Of a stretch of DNA of 64,000 nucleotides, positions 1-8,860 are shown piece by piece (the stretch's first letter is position 1; every line of letters begins with the position of its first letter). The notes under the pieces were generated by a model. The model did no database searches, had not been told where the DNA came from, and worked only from the letters and a program-made list of their open reading frames with translations. The stretch spans positions 295,159 through 359,158 of the forward strand of contig CAWBPM010000002.1 in NCBI GenBank assembly GCA_963790825.1, in the 5' to 3' direction. The position numbers and the translations under genes are program-made. This stretch comes from Candidatus Levyibacteriota bacterium (lineage in GTDB: Bacteria > Patescibacteriota > Microgenomatia > Levybacterales > UBA12049).

Positions 1-351
1 CACTTTTGTTTTCCAGTCATGATTATATTTTATAAGGTGAGAATAGGGGTATGTTCTTTCACTCTCAAACGACGACCTAAAGTACTCATTAAGGTAGGCT
101 AAGGTTTGCCTTGCAGTTAGTTGTGGAATTTCTCTTTCACGCTTTGGTAAAGCAGCTGAAAGATCATCGATTGTAAATGGTTTACGTGGATTATTAATAA
201 AAACTTTTAAGAGATCTACGCCGATATTTGGAACAACAATTTCCTTTCCCTGATAACCAACACACATCTTCCTAGCTTTAAATCTTAAGTCAAGAATATT
301 TGGATTTGGACCGATTAACTCTCCAGTCATATTTGTGCAAAGTGCGCACAT
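1..351 (-). CDS. Partial CDS (C-terminus runs off window). Hypothetical protein, possibly a winged-helix DNA-binding domain.
   Basis: Reverse-strand ORF starting ATG at 349-351 (MCALCTNMTGELIGPNPNILDLRFKARK...KVFINNPRKPFTIDDLSAALPKRE) continues to position 1. Not in ORF track because it is truncated. Weak resemblance to an OmpR-type C-terminal wHTH. Confidence 0.3.
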   Translation of the reverse strand, partial: MCALCTNMTGELIGPNPNILDLRFKARKMCVGYQGKEIVVPNIGVDLLKVFINNPRKPFTIDDLSAALPKREREIPQLTARQTLAYLNEYFRSSFESERTYPYSHLIKYNHDWKTKV

Positions 352-660
352 TATATCTTATAAAAAACTACTTAACAAGACTTGATTAGCTATATATTTT
401 TTAAAGCTCTGCCTATGTTAGTAACTTAAATAAAAAATTAGTTGATATTAGGTAGAGTTTAATACCTAAATTTCGAGTATCTCGGATCGATGCCCACATT
501 TTGAGGCTAATTTTTAAGTGTACCCCTGGGTTACGCAATATCGAACACTTTTGGATTCATTCATTGAAACGTATAAACAACTTCATCGATATGTTCAAAT
601 CGTATCATATGTATAATTGTATAATTTCCTTCTTCCACCTGGGTATAGTATAATAACACT

Positions 661-1620
661 ATGGAAAATGTTACAAATTCAGGAGAACAAGTAGAAACTA
701 TAAAAAGCAAAGCTAGACATTTAGTTAAAGGCAGTTTAAGCAATAAAACTCTTGATTTAGCCGCTGTTCCCGAAATTATTGACGAAAATGGTCCATTTGA
801 TCCCCATAAAGAAATAACTAGTTCTGATTGGAATGCAATGCTTCATGGCTTACAAGAGTTTAAAAGTCGACAAAGTTCTTATTACCCCGAGCAGGCTGCA
901 TATATGGCTACTATTTTCCCAGAGAGTAAATCAATATTAGGATTTGACAAACATATGTGGGAAGCAACAAAAAAAAATACGGTAGAATATACTCAGGATA
1001 CCTTTACTGCCCTAGAATATGCACATTTTGCTGAACTATTAATGAGAATATTTCCGGAGCGAAGAGACGAATTATTGATTGATCAAATGTATCCACAATT
1101 ACAACATGCGTTAGACCATCTTACAAACCCAAACGAGCGAAGAATTCGAGCTCCATTACCATTAGCAACTTCTATGTTGAGACTGTTTCCTGACCGAAGA
1201 GAAGAAATATTAAATGGTAAAAAACCGCAATTATTAAAAGGGATAGGTAGTCACATAGCTGAGGAGGAAACAATGAATATAGCTAAATTTCGTCATCCAG
1301 ATATGGGAATTCATGCAAATGGAGATAATTTATCTGATGAGTTAGTAAGTGCAATGTATATATTCCCCGATCAGTTTGCTTCTTTGGATCTAAATAGTTT
1401 TTTATGGCGAGATATGAGATCTTCTTTACAAAATACACGAGATTTGCAGGCAATGCATTCTGGTTTGCTTTTATCTGACGAGTGGAAAAGATTTACTCAT
1501 CACGCTGCCAATATGACAGAACTTGCTAGAGGAAAAAGTGAGCTGGCATTGGGAATAAATCAAGAACCTCTTAATCCTACTCAAAAAATGCTTCCTGAAA
1601 AAACAAAGGACAAAATTTGA
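661..1620 (+). CDS. Hypothetical protein with internal IFPE(R/S) and LFPDRREE repeat motifs
   Basis: 319-aa ORF. Repeated motifs MATIFPESK, RIFPERRDELL, RLFPDRREEIL and YIFPDQFASL at regular spacing suggest an alpha-helical repeat protein. No recognisable catalytic motif. Confidence 0.5.
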   Translation: MENVTNSGEQVETIKSKARHLVKGSLSNKTLDLAAVPEIIDENGPFDPHKEITSSDWNAMLHGLQEFKSRQSSYYPEQAAYMATIFPESKSILGFDKHMWEATKKNTVEYTQDTFTALEYAHFAELLMRIFPERRDELLIDQMYPQLQHALDHLTNPNERRIRAPLPLATSMLRLFPDRREEILNGKKPQLLKGIGSHIAEEETMNIAKFRHPDMGIHANGDNLSDELVSAMYIFPDQFASLDLNSFLWRDMRSSLQNTRDLQAMHSGLLLSDEWKRFTHHAANMTELARGKSELALGINQEPLNPTQKMLPEKTKDKI

Positions 1621-1697
1621 CAAGAACCCTGAGGGGAGTCGAACTTTTTTAGCCTCAAATAATATCTTACAGTTGAAGATTATATAAATTTAGCCTC

Positions 1698-1790
1698 GTG
1701 TACCCCTGTTGTCCCACAGTTGGAACTCCACTCCTTCTGGAGAGCCTATTTCGGCTTACCTTAAAACTTCAGAGGTTTGGTTTTATTTAC
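1698..1790. repeat. ~93-bp direct repeat, copy 1, flanking the AbiE module
   Basis: Shares the cores tgtcccacagttggaac, cttaaaactt and tttggtttt(a/g)tttac with 3280-3370. About 70% identity across ~93 bp, same orientation. Confidence 0.6.
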
Positions 1791-1904
1791 TGTAACGGTA
1801 AGGTAATACCGCCGGAGGAGGCAATTATATGAATATCTTCTGTAGGGGACATTCTAAATCTATTATTGATAATATGCCTGTGTCTTCTTTATTATCGGAA
1901 ATAT

Positions 1905-2594
1905 CTATACTCTGCTTTTAAGATCAAACAACAGATCGCGGACTAATGTAGCTTTTATATGATCCTTTTGTTGGTTATTTAGTAACTCCCCAAGTCCTTC
2001 TAAAATTGTATTGGGATTTACTGTATTTTCTATAATATCAATAAGATCGGCAAAATATTCACTTGTATTTTTCCCAGTTCTCATCCTAACGATTTTCTCG
2101 TTAATTGGAAAATCCTTGACGAACATAAAATGCGCGTCATATAAATCTCTGTTTTGTAACTTTTTCCTATCGGTTATGGCGCATAGTTTATGAGCAAACA
2201 TACATTCCGGAGACAAAGTTGGAATAGTAATACCATAAAAATTTTTATTAATATATGTGTCAGGGTAATCACGCTTACTCATTTCTATTTTTACTCTCTG
2301 TTCCCCTTTTTCATAACTTCCTAACCAAAACCAAGTAAAATGTTTATTCACCTGGTCATCAATGATCAAATACTTCTTTATAATATTTGATACTGCTTCT
2401 TCAGGTAATGTTTCTGAAATGACATTAAAATCAAGATCAACGGAAAAACGATCTAATTCATAAAACATGTAGAGACACGTACCGCCTTTAAAAGCAAGTC
2501 TCCCTTGTAATTCAGGAGTCGTATATATATCTCGTAAAATATTTTTTAATATTTGTTCGTATTTCTTCCGATCTAACATATTATTTCTGTGCAT
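1905..2594 (-). CDS. abiEii: AbiEii/AbiGii-family nucleotidyltransferase toxin (type IV TA / abortive infection)
   Basis: 229 aa. The motif AFKGGTCLYMFYELDRFSVDLDFNV is characteristic of the DUF1814/AbiEii nucleotidyltransferase fold. Overlaps the upstream partner by 14 nt. Confidence 0.7.
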   Translation of the reverse strand: MHRNNMLDRKKYEQILKNILRDIYTTPELQGRLAFKGGTCLYMFYELDRFSVDLDFNVISETLPEEAVSNIIKKYLIIDDQVNKHFTWFWLGSYEKGEQRVKIEMSKRDYPDTYINKNFYGITIPTLSPECMFAHKLCAITDRKKLQNRDLYDAHFMFVKDFPINEKIVRMRTGKNTSEYFADLIDIIENTVNPNTILEGLGELLNNQQKDHIKATLVRDLLFDLKSRV

Positions 2595-3168
2595 TAATAA
2601 CTTTAATAAGTGCGTTCACTTCATTCTCTAATCTCTTATTTCCATAAATTTTTGATATCAGCGAAAGCTTTTCCGCGTCAACACCAAGAAGATTATCAAA
2701 ATAAAAACCGGGGAAGACGTATAAACAATCACAAATAGTTCGTTCTTTATCCGCTATAATGTATCTGCCATTATCGGTTAATCCTAGCTGAGAATAGAAG
2801 ATCGTTTCCTTAGCTTTATGATAGATATAATGTTGATCATTTATTGTATATTTTTTACTCCGTAAAGATATTGCATATATCGTTTCATAATATTGAAACG
2901 TTAATCCATGCATTTGGCTTGCGGTATATAAAGAAATATATGATAATGGAACAAGTTTTTGAACAATATCCAAGGGAGTGTAGTCTTGCCCATACGCGTA
3001 TACACCCTTAGAAATATGTAGTAGCCGCTTTTCTCTCAAGTAATATTTTATACGCTCAATGAGTTTTCTTCGTTCAGAAATTTTCCACAAAATTGATAAA
3101 TCTTCTATTGTAAATACCTTTTTCCCAGAAGTTGCCAATTTCTCTATATTTGTAGTTTGATGCTCCAT
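2581..3168 (-). CDS. abiEi: AbiEi-family antitoxin / transcriptional regulator
   Basis: 195 aa. Pairs with and overlaps the AbiEii gene. Has an N-terminal wHTH-like region and a C-terminal domain typical of AbiEi_4 proteins. Confidence 0.6.
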   Translation of the reverse strand: MEHQTTNIEKLATSGKKVFTIEDLSILWKISERRKLIERIKYYLREKRLLHISKGVYAYGQDYTPLDIVQKLVPLSYISLYTASQMHGLTFQYYETIYAISLRSKKYTINDQHYIYHKAKETIFYSQLGLTDNGRYIIADKERTICDCLYVFPGFYFDNLLGVDAEKLSLISKIYGNKRLENEVNALIKVINAQK

Positions 3169-3279
3169 AGGGTAGTATTCCTACCCTATACAATATCAAG
3201 TAGCTTTATAATTGTCAATATACATGTCGTGACTATCAATAATGACAAACTACTACCCTAATCTTACTATAGGTCTGTA

Positions 3280-3370
3280 GTACGCCTGCTGTCCCACAGT
3301 TGGAACCCCTAGCCTCCTTGACAGTCTAATTCATCTTAGCTTAAAACTTTAGGAATTTGGTTTTGTTTAC
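3280..3370. repeat. ~93-bp direct repeat, copy 2
   Basis: See the repeat at 1698-1790. Confidence 0.6.
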
Positions 3371-3383
3371 AACAAATATATTA

Positions 3384-3992
3384 TTACAAGTTACCTGTTA
3401 AAAACGTCCTGGGATTTACCGGTATTCCATAGGCGTTGATCTGAAAATGTAAATGCGGACCTGTGGCGTTGCCTGTCTCTCCTTCATAGCCGATAATGGT
3501 ATTTGTGTCAACAGTTGTTCCAACCTTTGTTGTAACTGCCTCCATATGGCCGTACAAGCTCGTTACATGACTTCCGTTGTCAATAACGACATAATTCCCA
3601 TATCCCAGGCTATCTTCTCCCGCAAACGTCACAGTACCTTTAGCAAACGGGTGTATCGGATCTCCTTGAAGGCCTTGTGGGTTGGCAATATCAATACCGG
3701 TGTGGAGTATCTGGTATGGAGGGTCGGGTTGTCCAAATTCAAGCGTCACGATACCCGTTGCGGGCCACGCCATTGACTCAGTAAAATCTGAGGTTGTCCC
3801 ATCTAAATTATGGATCTCAACCGTGTTAGTCGTGAGGTTGAGTGTGACGAGTTTGTCAGAAACGACTTGGAATCCAAAATTTGTTAATACGACTATACCG
3901 ATAATGGGAAGGAGAAGAATAAAAATAAAAACACCGGCAACAATTTTAAATTCAAAGCGATTGGAAAAAAGAGCGAATGCAACATATGGCAT
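3384..3992 (-). CDS. M23 family metallopeptidase with N-terminal TM anchor (T4SS-associated cell-wall hydrolase candidate)
   Basis: GNYVVIDNGSHVTSLYGHM...GETGNATGPHLHFQI is the LytM/M23 signature. A TM helix lies near the N-terminus. Sits immediately downstream of VirB4. Confidence 0.75.
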   Translation of the reverse strand: MPYVAFALFSNRFEFKIVAGVFIFILLLPIIGIVVLTNFGFQVVSDKLVTLNLTTNTVEIHNLDGTTSDFTESMAWPATGIVTLEFGQPDPPYQILHTGIDIANPQGLQGDPIHPFAKGTVTFAGEDSLGYGNYVVIDNGSHVTSLYGHMEAVTTKVGTTVDTNTIIGYEGETGNATGPHLHFQINAYGIPVNPRTFLTGNL

Positions 3993-3998
3993 GGTGTT

Positions 3999-5864
3999 TT
4001 ATATGTATATCTCCTTCGGATCGGTAGTTAAAAGCGGATGTTCTTTCTCCGATGCTACGACTTTGACGGCTACGTGATTCTGATCGGCAATGATTAACGC
4101 TTCGCCCCGCTCACAGGTTAGGAGAAATTGTGATTCGTATTCACTCAAATGAAATTCCTGTGTGACCTGTTTAATTGTTGTAGTGTCCTGGCGCATGAGG
4201 ATACGAAGGGAAGACTGACTGGCAATGGCTCTCCCATAATCTTGTTTGAGGAAATCCTGTGCCTGTTGGGAAATAATGGTGACTCCCAGGTAATATTTCC
4301 GTGCTCGTCGGACTAATCCGGCAATAAATCTGGCTGATTCAACGTGTTCCAAAAGCATCCAACCTTCATCTATCACGAGCATACGTTTTTGTGGATGAGA
4401 TTTCACCTGTGACTCAACAAAATTAGCAATGACCACCATCATAATTTGCCTGAGAGATTCATGAAGATCTTTTATATTGAAAACGATAAGACGATTCTCA
4501 AGTTGTATATTTGTCTGTTCATCAAAAACTGTCGATAGTGATCCTTTGACAAACCGTTCCAATCTATTGCAAATATCTTTTTGCTTCATTGTTTTAAGAG
4601 TTTTATATAAGTCTTTGACTAATGGGAATTCCTGGTGTTTTGCATTCATTTTTTTCTTTCCATTCATTGTGAAGCCAAATTCTTTGTAGGTCAGAAGTAT
4701 TGCCTTATCCATTACCGCCCGCTCTTCGGGAGAGAGTCCTTCAACCATAAGGGAAATAATTTCGGTAAGATTCTGAATATGTTCAGATAAAACATTTTCA
4801 CCATTTTGTGTAATAGAAAAATCAAAAGGATTTATTTTCTCCTTACTGGTAGCGGATAGTTTAATATACGTTCCCCTTACAGATTTTGCCAGTTGTTTGT
4901 ATTCCCGCTCAGGATCAATAACAATCACCTTTGTCCCCTGCATGAGCTGTCTGAGGATTTCAACTTTTGTGGTGTAACTTTTACCGGATCCGGATTGAGC
5001 AAAGATAATGGCATTGGCATTATTGAGTGAAAACCTGTCGACAATAACCAGCGAGTTATTTGATTTGTTAATGCCATAGAGTATTCCTGCCTCCTGCACA
5101 AGTTCTGAAGAGACAAAAGGAAAGGTTAGTGCGCCGGAGGAGCTGTCTAGATTTCGCCTCTGAGAGAGCAGGTTTTCTCCCCTCGGGAGTACCGATTGTA
5201 ACCCTTCAATCTGCTGGTAGATTGCGGTTTTTATATAAAACAACCTGGTTGCCATAACCGTTTCTAAAATCTTGGTGATTTTATTAAGTTCCGATACAGA
5301 GTCGGCAGTAATAGTCATGTAAATGGAAAACTGAAACAGCTTTTCTTTTCCCCGTTGAATATTGTTTTTAAGCAGAATTGCCGAATCCAGGGGATCGGTA
5401 ATTTCAGAACCAACTAACCGTCCGTTTTTAATCATCGCCCGTTTTGTTGCTTCAAGCTCAGTTATTTTTCTGTTCAGTTTTGGCAGAGCAAGGAGTGGAT
5501 CAACTTTTTCAATATGATAGGAGATGTCGATGTTGTAGTTAAAGTTGATAAGCATACTAAGCCATCCCGTACCGGCAACATAGGGAAACCCGCTGATAAA
5601 CAGTGTACGGACAAACTTTTCTCCCATTGACAAGTAACTGCTATTTTCCATCAGTCCCGAGTACGAAATTAAATCAATCTGGTCCTGTTCGCCGAAATTA
5701 AACTGAAATGATTTTTTCAATAATTCTTTTTTCTTGTTTTTGTATTGCAACTTTTTTTGCAAGCGTTTCATTGTCCTTTTTAAATGAATTCGCTTTGCGT
5801 TTTGCAGCGGTTGTAATGAAATATCGGTTAGATTAAACATATGATGTTTTAAGCAGCATATCAA
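3999..5864 (-). CDS. virB4: VirB4/TrbE/CagE-family T4SS ATPase, C-terminal part of a split gene
   Basis: Walker A FAQSGSGKSYTTK and a Walker B-like MLVIDEGWMLL. The conserved N-domain stretch LFISGFPYVAGTGWLSMLINF is present. Overlaps the upstream ORF by 32 nt in another frame. Confidence 0.8.
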   Translation of the reverse strand: MICCLKHHMFNLTDISLQPLQNAKRIHLKRTMKRLQKKLQYKNKKKELLKKSFQFNFGEQDQIDLISYSGLMENSSYLSMGEKFVRTLFISGFPYVAGTGWLSMLINFNYNIDISYHIEKVDPLLALPKLNRKITELEATKRAMIKNGRLVGSEITDPLDSAILLKNNIQRGKEKLFQFSIYMTITADSVSELNKITKILETVMATRLFYIKTAIYQQIEGLQSVLPRGENLLSQRRNLDSSSGALTFPFVSSELVQEAGILYGINKSNNSLVIVDRFSLNNANAIIFAQSGSGKSYTTKVEILRQLMQGTKVIVIDPEREYKQLAKSVRGTYIKLSATSKEKINPFDFSITQNGENVLSEHIQNLTEIISLMVEGLSPEERAVMDKAILLTYKEFGFTMNGKKKMNAKHQEFPLVKDLYKTLKTMKQKDICNRLERFVKGSLSTVFDEQTNIQLENRLIVFNIKDLHESLRQIMMVVIANFVESQVKSHPQKRMLVIDEGWMLLEHVESARFIAGLVRRARKYYLGVTIISQQAQDFLKQDYGRAIASQSSLRILMRQDTTTIKQVTQEFHLSEYESQFLLTCERGEALIIADQNHVAVKVVASEKEHPLLTTDPKEIYI

Positions 5865-6450
5865 TTGTTTGTCCTTTTAACGCCTGTGTTTTTATTTGGT
5901 CGGGATTGTAAAAAGAATAAAACAAATCAAGAAGTTCCAGGCTTGTTAGCTGTCTTGCTTTCATACCGAGTTTCTCGATACCCTTGCTGACAATATCCCG
6001 TTCTAAATATAAATGCTCCTTAATTGTTGTAAAATCATTTTTTCCCGTGTTGTTAAAGGGAACAATAACGTAAAACCGGCGGGAAAGAATCTTGTTGCCG
6101 CGGACCATTTGTTTAATAAACGTACAATAAGTATCAATTTGCTCTCTGTATATTGCTTCTTTTTCCTCTGTTCCTTTGATTTGTATTTGCTGGGTGTAGG
6201 AATCAATATCCATTTCCCTGACCCTAATAAGGATTTGCAGAGAGGAAGGCAGAGAATTTAAAAAGTTCTGGAAGCTATCAATTATAACATCCTGTTCTTC
6301 CTCGGATTTTAATTCGAAGTTAATCGAAGAAGTTTCCAGAACCAGACGGTACTGGTTATTCGGTAATATCAGTATATTATCTTTTACTTCTTTAATCCGG
6401 ATTTGCCGGCGGGAGCCGACTTTCTTATTTGATTTGTTCAATGCCAACAT
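5833..6450 (-). CDS. Probable N-terminal segment of the VirB4-like ATPase (frameshift-separated) or a separate T4SS accessory protein
   Basis: 205-aa ORF ending inside the start of the VirB4 ORF (overlap 5833-5864, different frame). The combined length of ~815 aa matches full-length VirB4. Confidence 0.4.
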   Translation of the reverse strand: MLALNKSNKKVGSRRQIRIKEVKDNILILPNNQYRLVLETSSINFELKSEEEQDVIIDSFQNFLNSLPSSLQILIRVREMDIDSYTQQIQIKGTEEKEAIYREQIDTYCTFIKQMVRGNKILSRRFYVIVPFNNTGKNDFTTIKEHLYLERDIVSKGIEKLGMKARQLTSLELLDLFYSFYNPDQIKTQALKGQTIDMLLKTSYV

Positions 6451-6940
6451 TTAGCCCTCCTTTTTTGTTTGTTTTTATTGAGAATATATACTTAGGGCTG
6501 AGAATGAGCTGCTCCAAGCGGATAATATCAGAAAATACGATTTTTTTAAGGGAGATTTTTTCAACCTTTTTGTCTTTTGCCCTTTTAAGTAAGCGGAATT
6601 GCCTTTTCTCAGTTACCGGCAGATATATGTCCCGCCCGTACGCATCATTTTTGTTATACACATAATATTTCGGCCTGAGGTTATACCTAAGTAAAATACA
6701 AATCCAGCTTAGAACAACTTTCCCTTTTATTCTGAGAGCAAGGGTAAGACTGATAATCGCGGCAATGAGCGCGGCGGCAATTTTTACAATGCTTAGATGC
6801 AGCTTTGGCGGAAGGATGATAAATTCAACTGTTGACAGGAAAACCGGAATCATAAGCAAGATAATCTGTGTTAAATTGAGGCTTCCCGCAATCCTGTCCT
6901 CAACGGTTGTAATCTGCGCCGGAATAATTCTGGTTCTCAC
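6425..6940 (-). CDS. Small membrane protein, VirB3/TcpE-like T4SS component candidate
   Basis: 171 aa with two or three hydrophobic helices (IILLMIPVFLSTVEFIIL, IAAALIAAIISLTLAL). Position between VirB6-like and VirB4 matches VirB3 synteny. Confidence 0.3.
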   Translation of the reverse strand: MRTRIIPAQITTVEDRIAGSLNLTQIILLMIPVFLSTVEFIILPPKLHLSIVKIAAALIAAIISLTLALRIKGKVVLSWICILLRYNLRPKYYVYNKNDAYGRDIYLPVTEKRQFRLLKRAKDKKVEKISLKKIVFSDIIRLEQLILSPKYIFSIKTNKKGGLNVGIEQIK

Positions 6941-8235
6941 GCGTTAACGTACCTCCTTCGCCGTACTGCGTCATCGTCATCGGTTTGTTGTTGTTGTTGT
7001 TGCGACCCGGCATTTTCCCCCTTACGGCTTGTCATAGTATTAAGCATTTGTCCGCCCATATGGATTAAAGCACCCATTCGGGAGGTATAGAACATCATTT
7101 GGAATAACCAGGTGGGAATTTTAAGAAGGGTTAGAAATAGTCCTATGGCAATGACAATTGAGAGAAGTGAGCTGTCCGGATTATCGGGGATAGCCAGAAA
7201 GGAGGAAGCAAGTTGTATGACAACCACGTGCACAAAAATAATAAAGACGGTAACAAAGTATCCCTTAACCGCTGCCTCGGCAAAATCCGAGAACTTGGGG
7301 ACTGCCCACATGAGAAAGATAAAAGGAGAGAGGACGCCGGCCAGGACAACGAGAATAAGCCTGACAATATACATAAAAAGGAGGATAATTGCCACGATCA
7401 AAAAGATGATAAAAAAGATTAAAGTAATTATTGGTGTATGCCCGGTCAAAACACTCACAGGACTTATGGCATTGACCACCCATGCGTGGCTCAAACCCCC
7501 TGTTGTGTTAATCACCTCACTAACCAGTGCGTTGCAGGTGGTAATAACGTAGTCGCAAAGAAACAGGGAGACATTCGCGCCTAAAAATGCCAAACCGATA
7601 CGGGGAAGTAGGTGTTTAAGCTCTATCTCCTCAAAGCCAAAGGTTGAAGCCGACATAAAATGCAACCCTAAAAGAGCAACAACGAGAACAAATAACGAAT
7701 CAACAATTCCCAGGCTTACTGTCCAGAAGTGAAATACAACTGAGTTGCTAAGTAAACTTGGAGTTGTGGTTAGATAACCTATAATCGCATTCACAATTGG
7801 CTGTGTTGCGCTTTGCACTATGTTTTGCATCAGTCCTGTAATTGCGCTGATAAGAACCTGTGCAATGGCGCCCGTTGGACTTTGGGCTGCAATGGGAATC
7901 AAACTGGTTGCTAAGGAGGCAGCGGGTGAGACGGGGGCAATAAGGGCATTTTGCAAAAGAGAGACAACAACATTTGCCGAAAGAACAAGAGAAAGACCTA
8001 TGAGGGCATTTCTGATAGTTTTCCTGGCCTGCTCCAACGCTTCCGGATGGCCGGTTGAGGTGATGTATTGGTATCCTCCTTTAATTAAGAAGAGAATCGC
8101 TGATGCCGATGCTAAAAGAGTAAGAATCTGAAGGGTGTCACTTGTGTAGTTGGTAATGTCCGCTCCTGCCGCAAATACAGGCGGAACGACAAAAAGAAAG
8201 AGAGTAGCTCCATAAAGTAAGATCTTCTGCTTCAT
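6937..8235 (-). CDS. VirB6/TrbL-like polytopic membrane protein with an N-terminal pilin-like domain and a C-terminal polyQ/polyD tract
   Basis: 432 aa with more than six TM segments. Residues 1-110 (signal peptide plus two hydrophobic segments, GGYQYITSTGHPEALEQARKTIRNALIGLSLVL) are paralogous to the 113-aa pilin-like ORF upstream. C-terminus reads SQQQQQQTDDDD, encoded by a (ttg)6 repeat at 6985-7002. Confidence 0.45.
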   Translation of the reverse strand: MKQKILLYGATLFLFVVPPVFAAGADITNYTSDTLQILTLLASASAILFLIKGGYQYITSTGHPEALEQARKTIRNALIGLSLVLSANVVVSLLQNALIAPVSPAASLATSLIPIAAQSPTGAIAQVLISAITGLMQNIVQSATQPIVNAIIGYLTTTPSLLSNSVVFHFWTVSLGIVDSLFVLVVALLGLHFMSASTFGFEEIELKHLLPRIGLAFLGANVSLFLCDYVITTCNALVSEVINTTGGLSHAWVVNAISPVSVLTGHTPIITLIFFIIFLIVAIILLFMYIVRLILVVLAGVLSPFIFLMWAVPKFSDFAEAAVKGYFVTVFIIFVHVVVIQLASSFLAIPDNPDSSLLSIVIAIGLFLTLLKIPTWLFQMMFYTSRMGALIHMGGQMLNTMTSRKGENAGSQQQQQQTDDDDAVRRRRYVNA

Positions 8236-8247
8236 AACTTGTAATTC

Positions 8248-8589
8248 CTATTGACTTGCCTGCGCCGTACCGAATGCTGTCGTCGCAAGATCGGTTATAA
8301 TCGTTGATAATACAAACGCTCCCAAAACTATTGCCAGTCCGATTGCCGAGTAAAATATAGTTTTTTTGGACCGGTCTAACGATTCCGGATTACCGGATGA
8401 AGTGATATACCCCACTCCTCCCCAGACAAAAAAACCGGCTGCTACTAAACCTGCCAGTGTGACAAGAACCGAGATGATGCTTTGGATAAAGGTTTGAATC
8501 TTCGTAACGTCTGCTGAGGCGGCAAACGCCGGCGTCGCAGTTATAAGAGACGTAAGTACTAACGATGACAGAAAGATTAGTTTTCTCAT
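8248..8589 (-). CDS. VirB2/TrbC-like pilin candidate
   Basis: 113 aa with a signal peptide ending AFA-AS and two hydrophobic segments, the typical topology of conjugative pilins. Sits adjacent to the VirB6-like gene. Confidence 0.45.
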   Translation of the reverse strand: MRKLIFLSSLVLTSLITATPAFAASADVTKIQTFIQSIISVLVTLAGLVAAGFFVWGGVGYITSSGNPESLDRSKKTIFYSAIGLAIVLGAFVLSTIITDLATTAFGTAQASQ

Positions 8590-8860
8590 GTTCCTCCTTT
8601 CTTCTTAGGATTTTTCTTACAAAAAAGCTGCTCATGACGAGCAGCAGTAATTGAAAAGATTATACAGAAAAATATACGAAATGCAAGGGGATTTTTCATT
8701 ATTCGTTATAACCGGTCGTTTTTTTCTGATAAGATCAATAATCTAAAACGGAATATCCGCAGTCATATTTTCTTTTGTTGCAGAGTTTACTATAAAATGC
8801 TCTTACATTTATTTATAAAGGGTACTACTTTTTAAAAAGAGAGTTGAAATATTCTTAAAA

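Noticed and set aside
7112-7552. Several 70-146-aa ORFs antisense to or embedded in the VirB6-like gene
   Set aside because: They are fully contained within a longer, strongly hydrophobic, coherent ORF on the opposite strand. Typical shadow ORFs.
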